NCBI RefSeq assembly: GCF_001194135.2
Contig: NC_068981.1
Location: 127,122,126-127,162,270 of the forward strand
Reading direction: 5' to 3'
Source of the DNA: Octopus bimaculoides
Taxonomy: Eukaryota
DNA length: 40,145 nt
Numbering within the stretch: the stretch's first letter is position 1; every line of letters starts with the position of its first letter. The notes beneath the pieces were generated by a model. It ran no database searches. It was not told the origin of the DNA and saw only the letters and a list, made by a program, of their open reading frames with translations. Both the position numbers and the translations under genes were made by a program. Positions 1 to 10,903 of the stretch are shown here, one piece after another.

Positions 1-31
<31 letters not shown>

Positions 32-378
32 GTCCTCTATACATGTTTCTCGTGATTTTCTGCTGCAAAAGTTCGATCTGCTGCAAAAGGTAATCAATCT
101 CAATTCAAATCGCTTTCTATCGTCATCAGACGTGAAGGGACATGTTAAATAATTATATTCCTAAAAGGGGACACACACACACACACACACACACACAATT
201 TGCATATCATTTCTTTATTTCTGTTCCATGCTGTACTGCACATCAATCAGTACATAGACAACTCCAGTAGTATATCAGTTTTTATGAGAAAAGGTTTCGA
301 GATCTTTTTTTTTTTTCAAGCTCTTTCATTTCTGTAGAAAGCCACGCTATGCATGGGACCCGCAACTCTCGTCACTTT

Positions 379-500
379 GAGAGAGAGATAGACAGACAGA
401 GAGACAGACAGATAGAGAGACAGACAGACAGACAGACAGATAGACAGATAGACAGACAGACAGACAGACAGACAGGCAAAGACTGAGAGAAAGAGAGAGG
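379..500 (+). repeat. Compound (GA)n/(GACA)n/(GATA)n microsatellite
   Basis: Directly visible gagagaga/gacagaca/gatagaca units. Confidence 0.95.
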
Positions 501-621
501 GGAAATCTAACCTAGGACTTGGCTGGTTATTTATTCATCCAGACTCACGCTCACACACTCGCATATATATATATGTAAGTTGTGTGTGTATTGTGTATGC
601 AATATGTATGAATATATATGC

Positions 622-652
<31 letters not shown>

Positions 653-658
653 TATATA

Positions 659-1228
659 NNNNNNNNNNNNNNNNNNNNNNNNNNNNNNNNNNNNNNNNNN
701 NNNNNNNNNNNNNNNNNNNNNNNNNNNNNNNNNNNNNNNNNNNNNNNNNNNNNNNNNNNNNNNNNNNNNNNNNNNNNNNNNNNNNNNNNNNNNNNNNNNN
801 NNNNNNNNNNNNNNNNNNNNNNNNNNNNNNNNNNNNNNNNNNNNNNNNNNNNNNNNNNNNNNNNNNNNNNNNNNNNNNNNNNNNNNNNNNNNNNNNNNNN
901 NNNNNNNNNNNNNNNNNNNNNNNNNNNNNNNNNNNNNNNNNNNNNNNNNNNNNNNNNNNNNNNNNNNNNNNNNNNNNNNNNNNNNNNNNNNNNNNNNNNN
1001 NNNNNNNNNNNNNNNNNNNNNNNNNNNNNNNNNNNNNNNNNNNNNNNNNNNNNNNNNNNNNNNNNNNNNNNNNNNNNNNNNNNNNNNNNNNNNNNNNNNN
1101 NNNNNNNNNNNNNNNNNNNNNNNNNNNNNNNNNNNNNNNNNNNNNNNNNNNNNNNNNNNNNNNNNNNNNNNNNNNNNNNNNNNNNNNNNNNNNNNNNNNN
1201 NNNNNNNNNNNNNNNNNNNNNNNNNNNN
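659..1228. other. Assembly gap flanked by (TA)n and (TG)n
   Basis: Run of N. Other gaps at 8109-8118, 11187-11644, 15285-15384 and 32424-32433, mostly adjacent to repeats. Confidence 0.99.
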
Positions 1229-1665
1229 TGTGTGTGTGTGTGTGTATAAAATTAAATTTTCTTATAAAGTATATTTTTAAGTATACTTCACAATATATGG
1301 GCTGTATTAAGAAGTACTCATTGCGAGCTAAATCGAAGGATAAGAGAAATTATAGAAGGAACACATCTAGGCAATCAGTACAAATTCTAAAGCATAACTT
1401 AAAGCACACAACGAAATAGATATACATATAAATTTATATAAATAAATGAATAAAATTGCATGTTAAAGTTATATGTGAAAATATGCATCATATACATTGG
1501 GTTCACATACCAAATAGAGAAGTGACAAATATAGAGATAAAAATCCAAGGTAAGGGCTTCCGAAAGGAAATGTTCCAATCGATTAAGAATTTGATGTTTA
1601 TATGAGTTATCGGATGAGAGTTCAAAATTTAAAAGTTCAGAGGTGAATAAATTTAGTAAATACTA

Positions 1666-1998
1666 GTGTACTGGTGGTACAAACGTTTCCAAGATGGCCG
1701 AAAAAATGTCTATATTGACGAACGTTCTGGGAAACCTGCAACCTGCAGAACTGAGAAAAACATCGCGTATGTGCGGGCAGTTGTGAGGGAAAATCGTCGA
1801 ATCACCATCCGTGAGTTATCAGAGGATGTGCAGATTAGTTACGGTTCAGTTCAGTCCATTACCACTGAAGATTTGAGTATGAGACTCGTATCTGCCAAGT
1901 TTGCGCCAATACTGCTTTCAGCTAACCAAAAAGCCACTCGGGTTTCAGTTGCACAAGATCTTCTTAATCGTATCGAGAACGATGAAAACTTTTTGAAA
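1666..1998 (+). pseudogene. Mariner transposase fragment (DNA-binding region, roughly aa 43-150)
   Basis: Translates VYWWYKRFQDGR..DERSGKP..VRENRRITIRELSEDVQISYGSVQSI..DLSMRLVSAKFAPILLS..QKATRV..DENFLK, matching mariner HTH and WVPR-linker patterns. Starts at GTG mid-protein; no catalytic domain. Confidence 0.88.
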
Positions 1999-2270
1999 CG
2001 TTGCGTAGGCCTCTGAGCAGATATCGCCAAGCTTTTAACAAAATTTGATGCAGGTTCTCTGCTCAACTTTCTCTGTCATGGTCAATGCGACGATCACACG
2101 TCACACACCTTCCTTCCAAGCACTGCTGCAAACAGCGGAAGTGAGCTAGAATGTTAAAACTTAGTGCGCATGCACATCAGAGTTCAAGATCAATCTGTGC
2201 CTAGCGGCTTTACTCTACGTGCTTTAGCTTCATTGCTATGGCAACAGTCCGGATACTTATTGATCAGACT
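1987..2270 (-). mobile_element. Mariner 5' end (TIR, 5'UTR, first ~31 codons) in inverted orientation
   Basis: Minus strand begins AGTCTGATCAATAAGTATCCGGACTG (mariner-type TIR). ATG at 2079 gives MTEKVEQRTCIKFC*KLGDICSEAYATFQKV, a typical mariner N-terminus with one stop. Confidence 0.8.
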
Positions 2271-3308
2271 AAGAGGAGGGATATAATATCCAGGCAGATA
2301 CCGAGTTTCTCTGAGTAAAAAGCCAAAGCTGGTTCCTTGTTATAGTGTTTTTTTTTGTTTTGTTAATCTTCCTTTAGTGCCCATCCGATGTTCCAATTTA
2401 TTTCTTGGTAACTTAAAGTGTGAAGTACAATATTGATAGTAAGGAGAATGAAGAATTTGAACATTCAAACTTGATATGTTTATTCCAGTTAGTTTATTCA
2501 TAATAACTGTCCGACACGTGTTTCGATCGCATCAACTGCATATTGTTGCATATTCATATGCAGCGATTTATGCAGCGAATGTATGTAACGGACCAATGTG
2601 AGTAGTCACCAAATGTAACGATCCGATATGTGTCTACATCGGGGTTACCAAATGTAGCGCTAAGATATATTTCTTACGTTGAAGTTACCAGATGTAATGG
2701 ACAGGGTCACCATATGTAATGTACGAATGTAAGGTTCTCACGTCGGAGTTACCAATCGATCGTAAAGATGAAAAGTTATTGACGTAGAAATAACGATTCT
2801 TGTTCCGCTATATGTAGATAGCTGAAAGTAGGATGAAAAGGCATAACAACAACATGGAAGAGAAAAGAATAATTTTCACAGATTCATTTGCCGGCAATGG
2901 TTAGCAACACAGACAGTAGTAATTATAAATAAGTGACAATGGTACAATGTGTGTTGGTCGCTCGCTAGTAGTGTGTATGGCAACTAAGGAAAAAAGGGTA
3001 AGAATTGCATTGTCCCTAATAATTCGGCCGATGCTGTGTTTCCGGTTGACGGCTGAAACGAAGAGAGAACTATGCTCTCACTAAGCCGGTTCAAAACCGA
3101 AGAGGTGCTCTCAGTTATATAAGGTATAACCTTGAAATGGGTCAAGCTTAAAACAATGGACTGACCTTTCCATGACCAACTAAGATCCTCGGAGGTCAGG
3201 TGTTTCTCATTAATCTCCCAACAAAGAGATAAAACACAATGAGTCAGATATTCGTTTAACAAGCAACAGGTGTGAGGATTCGGTTTCGAATCTTCGGCTA
3301 AACATCTC

Positions 3309-3311
<3 letters not shown>

Positions 3312-3405
<94 letters not shown>

Positions 3406-3457
3406 TGTGTCTGTGTCTGTATCTGTGTCTGTGTGTGTATAGGTTATGTGTGTGTGT
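3312..3457 (+). repeat. (TG)n microsatellite with TCTG variants
   Basis: Directly visible; source of the CVCVCV/HTHTHT ORFs. Confidence 0.98.
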
Positions 3458-3499
3458 ATTTATACGGTTTAATGCACAAAAAAGCAACAAAAACAGAAG

Positions 3500-3900
3500 A
3501 CAGAGACAGGTGAGGGAACAACAAATAAGATGTATTAGTTTGACGCTTAAGAGAAATGGAAAATTCTTTGACGTTTCGAGCCTATACTCTTCAACAGAAA
3601 TGAATGGGAGAAGAAAACCGAGAGAGAGAAAAAAAACAGGAGAAATAAACGTGTCAAAAATTCAAAAAGTTCAAAAGATTCGAGAAGTCGTGGTAGATTG
3701 GTATGATAAAAATCAACAATAGTGTACAGTAAGATCTATGATAGTAGAGTTCGAGAAATGTAAAGTTCCAATGGGAATTTGGGTGGATTGATGGTAAATT
3801 GCTTACAAAAATGGTTCAAGAAAGAGATAGGAAAGATGAGGATAGAAGAGAGGAGGAAGTTCAGTCAGGCAGGATCAAACTGGGGTGACAACGTGAGCAT
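3500..3900 (-). mobile_element. Probable Penelope-like element remnant with degenerate minimal hammerhead motif
   Basis: Minus strand CTGTTGA-A-GAG-TATAGG-CTC-GAAACGTC at ~3568-3597 fits the hammerhead pattern typical of Penelope pseudo-LTRs. No intact ORF; boundaries approximate. Confidence 0.4.
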
Positions 3901-4200
3901 ATGGTACACGTATATATGCCAGTATGCTTGTGAATGTTACTAACCACCCCATCTGCTTATGTACATACATAATCTCTCCTTCTCTTCAAATGCACAAACA
4001 CACACACACACACACATACATACACACACACACACATTTATGCAAGTTAGCCGATAATTACGAAACTAAATATATTATACTAATTTACCCACTTAGCCTT
4101 GTGTGAATATTCTTTTACTATTTACTGTTATTTCTTTGAAATATTCATCTCAAGATTACAAATAACACTTGAATTCTCGGGGATGTTTAATCCAATATTC

Positions 4201-4203
<3 letters not shown>

Positions 4204-4297
<94 letters not shown>

Positions 4298-4337
4298 GCA
4301 CGCACACACACACGCACACACACACATACACACGCAC
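4204..4337 (+). repeat. (CA)n microsatellite
   Basis: Directly visible. Confidence 0.98.
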
Positions 4338-5803
4338 AAATATCCAATTTCTAATAAAATAAGTCACACGATATGCAATGTTTAAGGCCTGACGTTTCAT
4401 CGGCAATAACGGAATATCCAGAACAATTTTCCTCATCATTTAATATGCTGCCTAAAACAACTTCAACCATAATATCAGGTATTTCGTTTTGGACAATAAG
4501 TTGAAGTCAACTACATTTGTGACTTTTCAGTTTTTCACCTAGCCAAGAAATATCATTCGGCCGGTAGTATAAAAGTTTCAAGGAGTTCTATATTAATAGC
4601 GGAAACTCCGCCTGAGTTACCATACTCCTCTGCATGGCCTCATTGAGCTGGGCTTTTTTTAGGCAAAGAACATCAGAATTTCAACAATAACGCTCTACTC
4701 GCTACTTATGTACAGTATATAGTTAACCTAGCACCCACTGTTTGTATTCTACGTTGCTCGATTATCTGACCACTTCACTAAATATTTTGTGGGCCAGTTT
4801 GTTTTTTCCCCTTGTTTTCTAAAGTAAAGATGTTACTATGTATGCTTTTACAAAGGTTACATGAACCTTGACGTTTGTGAATGCCATTCGTGAATATCAT
4901 AAGTCAAGGATAGTTAAAACCATTACACTTGAAATCTCCCAAACAAGACCCCTTACCAAATTTCTTTGATTCATATTGTTAAAGTTAGCTGATTCGGTCT
5001 GGTTTCAATGGTGTTGTCCTATGAAAGATGCGGAACCAACATTTATTCATGAGTCACATTCCTTTCATCCACATCTTTCGTCACTTGAGATATTTTCAGG
5101 TTTGGAAATGTCAGACTTTGTAGAGATTCGAGAGGTTTTTTTTCGTTTTTTTTTTTCGTTTTAAATAATATCTTTATCGTGACTGTAAACAAGGAAGTTG
5201 TGGAGGTCACAGATATATCAATTTTATCATTATCACTCAATGATAAAAATAAAAGAAAAAGTACTTAGTATCTGTTGCGATTTTTCGGGTACCGACGTCA
5301 GAGCCAGTCTGACCGGTATGTAACCAGAATGTATTTGCTCATTTCACTCTGCACATTTGATATGTTGACAATAAAACCGTTTTAGTGTACACAGTTTGGG
5401 TTTGGTGTCCGATAAATATAGAACACACAATGAGGAGAACGATTGGGGTTTTCATCCTCAAAAGTCATACAAACATTGACACATTAAAGATAAGATATAG
5501 AAAGATCTAAAAGCTCCGGCATTTCTGCAATGAAGGAAAACAAGAGTAGAATTTAACAAATGATTTAATAAGAGAATAAAGAGCGATGGGTTAATCCCAC
5601 ACGACTTCTGAGAAAGTTGATGGGAACAAATTTAAGAAGGTGACTCAGCAAGAATTTTGGTTAACTATTAGCTGGCAATAAATTTGTCACCATTATTAAT
5701 TTGTTAATCTTTTTTTATATCCGTTTCTGATTCAAGTCGCTAACCACTTTTGAACTAAAAATAGTTAATCATCTAGGCGCAGAATATATAGCAGTTGTTC
5801 ACA

Positions 5804-6005
5804 TATCTAGTATATATAAATTACAGTATGTGTGTATATTAACTAACACATACATTTCCAGAATTCTCAACCGATTTTTACCAAACTTTACACATACATT
5901 ACTTATCTAGTATATATAAATTACAGTATGTGTGTGTATATTGACTAACGCATACATTTCCACAATTCTCAACCGATTTTTACCAAACTTTACACACACA
6001 TTACT
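5804..6005 (+). repeat. Tandem duplication with 100-bp period, resembling a non-autonomous Helitron-like 5' end
   Basis: TATCTAGTATATATAAATTACAG..TTCTCAACCGATTTTTACCAAACTTTACAC starts at 5804 and 5904. The duplication is clear; the Helitron resemblance is recalled and no 3' CTAG/hairpin end was located. Confidence 0.6.
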
Positions 6006-7721
6006 GATGTCCCAAGGATGGTCATGCACTATAACATTTTGCCCAGAGCTCCCACGTAAATGGGAAAAACGGTGGTTTACATGGGTTTTTCTCTAATTCC
6101 TTGTATGTAGGGTCTTCCATACTTTTTAAATCTATATGGTCGTATATTGGCATTAGAGAATATTTTATAGTGGTTTTCACATTTTTTTTTATTTATTATT
6201 TATTTATATATTGTAATTGTGTATTATTACTTGGTTGGGGAATATTATAAAAGTGAAAGGATTTTATCTATTTATTTATTTCGATTATCCACCTATTATT
6301 ATTTATTTATATGTTGTAATTGTGTATTATTAGTTAGAGAATATTATAAAAGTGAAAAAATTTTCTCTATTTCGATTGTCCACCTTCGATGGTGATTAAA
6401 TTTACTAGGAACACTGTACGTGATGAACATTCAATACTAAATAATCTTAATCTCCATATTTAAACTGCATTAAACTTTAGCAAGCTTACCTTTACCCATT
6501 CTGGGTTACTTGAAAGGTGATGTTCCCTTCCCTCTCTTCTATTTGTTGATACCTTTGTTTACCTACCAATGCGTTGTTTCACTTTAAGGATGCTTATTTA
6601 TCCATCCATTATATTTCGAACGCGACATATTTTCACTGCGAACTGATAAAGATTCAAAGCAGTATTCTTGAACTGAAGTCAAACTCTTCATGTCTTTATT
6701 TTTTGTTACCTGAAGTCAATTTCAGAGTGGCCGTACGCAGTAAGCACGCAGCAAATACATTCCTTTAACTCTACTTTTTCAAGTTGGTATTATATTACCA
6801 ATTTTGAACGTACCAATCATACTTCTCTGCAAAAAAATAGTTCTCTTTACTAGCTCCCGGCAGCAACAATAAAGAGTCCAGCTGAAATTTAATGGGTTTA
6901 ATTTCTTAAACCATCTACGGATGATGGCAACTAACAAACGCTCCCCTATATTTGGTTATCGATCGAAACTGTGTTGGATGACTATCCTGTCGCGGAGACA
7001 TCGAGGCAACCTCGTATTTGTTTATAAGACGACTGTTTGAGATTCCGAAATTTTTGACTAACACCAGTATAATAGTATAGTTCAGAATGCTGTGGGTGAC
7101 TTTTACCTGAGAATGTACCTTAAGAATGTAAAAATATAAAACAATGGTTATTTTTGTTAATGTGGTTTAAAATCAATATATACAAATTTAAATCCGAAAC
7201 ATGAACGAAAATTTGTAATTTCTATTGTACTTAAAACTGCGCACTAAACTTCATAGATATGATTTTTAAATGAGGGGTTTTAGCAACCTGTTTAAATATC
7301 TTAGGCAGCTCCTGCGCATTATTCATGGTCTAACCTCATTCCAAGACCTCAAATCAGTTGTATCATATATCTATGCAATATGCTTCAAAGCCTGCTAGAG
7401 AAGATGCTTCTTGAAAGATGTATGGATGATGCAGACTTGAACAGTAGTGTGAAGGAGGCATTTTGCTATCATTTTTCTCTGCCTATTCACCATCCAATCC
7501 TCAGCAACTTTGGTGTAATCACTAGCATGACAGATGACATACTATATGAAGCACAACAAGCGCAAAAAAGAACAAAACACAGCTAGAACATCTAGCGTTT
7601 ACCACTGCCATGCACATCCAAACAGTGATCCACATTGAAAATATTGTATGGCTCACCGTGAGCAAGAATCTTGAACAGTTTAACAAGAAAAAAAAAGGTT
7701 TCTGTGTATTGAGCACTTGGG

Positions 7722-8284
7722 CTCTGCTGGTGAGCCATCAAAACCTCTGTTGGTGAGCCATCAAAACCTCTGCTGGTGAGCCATCAAAACCTCTGCTGGT
7801 GAGCCATCAAAACCTCTGCTGGTGAGCCATCAAAACCTCTGCTGGTGAGCCATCAAAACCTCTGCTGGTGAGCCATCAAAACCTCTGCTGGTGAGCCATC
7901 AAAACCTCTGCTGGTGAGCCATCAAAACCTCTGCTGGTGAGCAATCAAAACCTCTGCTGGTGAGCCATCAAAACCTCTGCTGGTGAGCCATCAAAACCTC
8001 TGCTGGTGAGCCATCAAATCCTCTGCTTGTGAGCCATCAAAACCTCTGCTGGTGAGCCATCAAAACCTCTGCTGGTGAGCCATCAAAACCTCTGCTGGTG
8101 AGCCATCANNNNNNNNNNAAAACCTCTGCTGGTGAGCCATCAAAACCTCTGCTGGTGAGCCATCAAAACCTCTGCTGGTGAGCCATCAAAACCTCTGCTT
8201 GTGAGCCATCAAAACCTCTGCTTGTGAGCCATCAAAACCTTTGCTGGTGAGCCATCAAAACCTCTGCTGGTGAGCCATCAAAAA
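7722..8284 (+). repeat. 23-bp minisatellite (CTCTGCTGGTGAGCCATCAAAAC)n
   Basis: About 24 near-identical head-to-tail units, interrupted by a 10-N gap, so true length is unknown. Confidence 0.97.
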
Positions 8285-8824
8285 CACAAACATGCAAATT
8301 ATAATACAAAGAATATATTCATGTATACACACATATATGTACATACTTACATCTACATGTGTATATAGACGCATATCAGGGTACAGGACGTTAGAACAAT
8401 GAACTACAGACAACGGAACGAACACATAGGAAAACGGAAAGCCACTTGGAATATTCCTTCATCAGCAGCCTCTAATTCTAACTAGACATATATATATAAC
8501 ATGTACTTTCATATTGTGCTTATGTTGTGCAATAAAATCAAGGAGAATAGATCTTCGACATTGTGTCTAGGATACTTCATGTATTAATGGTTTGATATAT
8601 TATTGAATGAAAAAGCAATGCTCATGAGGTCTAATTTCGATGAAACCGTTGTATATCATCGAAACTCCATTATCCTTGGTTATAATTGTAAAAACTCTGC
8701 GGGTAATTGTGGATTATCAGATATAACATACAATCTATGGATTACCATCTGTTTGATAGCTTGAACCGGCGGATAAGCTTAATGGGGTTAACTCTAATGT
8801 TAACACCCAAACGAAAGTATTATT

Positions 8825-9030
8825 ATTGTTAGCACATTGGATGAAATGCTTAGCGGTATTTCGCCCGTCGTTGCGTTCTGAGTTCAAATTCCGCCGAGGT
8901 CGACACTGCATTTCATCCTTTCGGGGTTGATAAATTAAGTACCAGTTACGTACTGAGGTCGATCTAATCGACTGGCTCCACCCTACAAAAATTTCAGGTC
9001 TTGTGCCTATAGTAGAAAGGATTATTATTA

Positions 9031-9107
<77 letters not shown>
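8825..9107 (+). mobile_element. tRNA-derived SINE, 5'-truncated, with long (ATT)n tail
   Basis: B-box-like GAGTTCAAATTCC; body GTCGAC..TCATCCTTTCGGGG..AAGTACCAG..; ends GCCTATAGTAGAAAGG(ATT)n. Same family at 9143 and 39089-39537. Resembles recalled octopus SINEs (OR-type; not verified). Confidence 0.85.
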
Positions 9108-9142
9108 TATGGAAAAATTACACAACAATATATAAAGTTAAA

Positions 9143-9350
9143 GGCGGCAAGCTAGCAGAATCGTTCGCACGTCGGGCAAAATGATTAGAAGCATTTCGCC
9201 CTTCCTTACATTCTGAGTTCAAATTCTGTCATGGTCAACTTTGCCTTTGTCCATGAAATAAATACCAGTTACTCACTGGGTCAATGTAATCGACTAGCTC
9301 CCTCCCACAAGTTTCAGGCCTTGAACCTATAGTAGTAAGGATTATTATCA
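9143..9350 (+). mobile_element. tRNA-derived SINE, same family as 8825
   Basis: Head GGCGGCAAGCTAGCAGAATCG, B-box GAGTTCAAATTC, end CCTATAGTAGTAAGGATTATTATC. Confidence 0.85.
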
Positions 9351-9361
9351 TGATTACTTGA

Positions 9362-9702
9362 AAAGAAAAGTGAAGGTGGAGAGGGAAGTGCTGCCCCACC
9401 ACCACCAGTATTTTTGTTGAAAGGTGGGTGAATGTAGTGAGGATGTCTTGTGTGAATAGGCCTACGTTGAGCACGCGCCTGTAGGCCGGAGAGAATGAAG
9501 AGGAGAGGGGTGACCAGCCGAGGTGTCCAGGACGTGTGGGGTTCCTTGGTGCCCTTGGGTGGAGTTCCCCATTTTGGGGAATTTTATTGTTAATCGTTAT
9601 TGTTTTTTTACTCTTTACTCGCACTATATATAAATCCTCACTGTCCTTTGTGTTGTATCGTCCTTTGCTTTGTGTGCGGTCCTTGTAGTCAATAAAGATA
9701 GG

Positions 9703-9754
<52 letters not shown>
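9362..9754 (+). mobile_element. G-rich segment ending AATAAA..GG(ATT)n; probable 3' end of a non-LTR retroelement
   Basis: GC-richer than flanks, AATAAA at ~9691, (ATT)n tail 9702-9754. No ORF recognised; family not identified. Confidence 0.4.
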
Positions 9755-9758
<4 letters not shown>

Positions 9759-10192
9759 CTAAAAATTTGTACCGGCCGCCTCAAATACTTGTTAAAGGCT
9801 ACCATCAAAGAAAAGCTGCGGATTACCGAAATTTCGTGAGATGGATACGCGACCGTGAGGAGCAAGCGAGATGCTGCAGCAACGGACGTCCATCACATTG
9901 TGCGAGCGGCTAACGTACAAAACAATACACTAACATACGTCGAGTTCTGCGGTTCGACGGCACATGCACCGGCGAGTAAGATAGGGAGTTCAACGCATGC
10001 ACGAAGTACCTACAATGGTATCATCGCTCAAAACGTGCTGGGCACGTTTTCCGTGACCCAGTTATGAGTATGCTCAACATCAGTGGGCTTCAAAGCAGTA
10101 TCTATGTTAACAAGCACTATATGTTCATGGATAAGCTCTAAGAACTGCTGAACTGCTAAATTACTAAGATACTCACAGTTAAAGGAAGATAT

Positions 10193-10507
10193 AAGGTATA
10201 CGGCTCACGATCGTAAGCTCGTGTGTTCGATTCCTGGCGGCGTGATGTGTCCTTGAGCCTAACACTTTCTCTCACGTTGCTCCAGTCCACTCAGCTGGCA
10301 AAAAATAGGTTGTACCTGTAATTCAAAGGCCTAACCTTGTCACATTCTGTGTCACGCTGATTCTCCCTGAGAATTATGTCCAGGGTACGCGTATCAGTGA
10401 AATACCCAGCCATTAGTACGTCAATCTCACGAGCAGGCTGTTCCGTTGATCGGATCAACTGGAACCCTCATCGTCGTAACCGACGGAGTGCCAGAACAAC
10501 AGAACAG
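10193..10507 (+). mobile_element. tRNA-derived SINE, second family (AAC-like tail)
   Basis: B-box GTTCGATTCC. 3' half (CCTTGTCAC..TCACGCTGA..CACGAGCAGGCTGTTCCGTTGATCGGATCAACTGG..GACGGAGTGCCA) matches the reverse complement of 36187-36370. Confidence 0.85.
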
Positions 10508-10872
10508 TTTTACTTGGCTCAGACCAATGAATCATAACAATGGTTGAAGGTAAAAAAAAAAAAAAAAATTCTGGCTTCACCACGGTTAGCGCACGTTCGT
10601 CATCTCGAGTATTCCTATGCGCCCGGCACTATTACTTAAGATAGCCGTTGACCCTATGCTGAGTTCATTCGTACTTTTGACAACACTTATTTTATGCTAC
10701 CGTTGTTCTAGCAATCCTCCTCAGCAGGCTACCCTAGTTGGGCGCCGGTTTAGTCGTCGATGACCTGACTATGTAACAGATTGTACAGGGTTACACGTTA
10801 CCTGTAGCACTTTCAACGCATTTTTTGCATGTATACATACATATGCACGTGTTTGTGTATTTATACAGACAG

Positions 10873-10902
<30 letters not shown>

Positions 10903-10903
<1 letters not shown>

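Noticed and set aside
580-1419. Long ORFs spanning N gaps (also 11019-11656, 15209-15429)
   Set aside because: Open only because Ns and (TA)n/(TG)n repeats contain no stop codons.
2984-4439. HTHTHT/CVCVCV ORFs
   Set aside because: Translations of (CA)n/(TG)n microsatellites.
6560-6830. Possible minus-strand exons (TTTTTTTGCAG acceptor, CAG|GTAACA donor)
   Set aside because: All three frames between those sites contain stops.
7380-7586. 68-aa ORF that looks protein-like
   Set aside because: No recognisable motif and no convincing splice sites linking it to other exons.
7722-8284. CRISPR-like array
   Set aside because: Units are contiguous with no unique spacers, there are no cas genes, and the context is eukaryotic.
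9143-9230. tRNA genes at SINE heads (also 10193, 14977, 28808, 36564)
   Set aside because: A/B-box-like motifs only, with no full cloverleaf, and they continue into SINE bodies.
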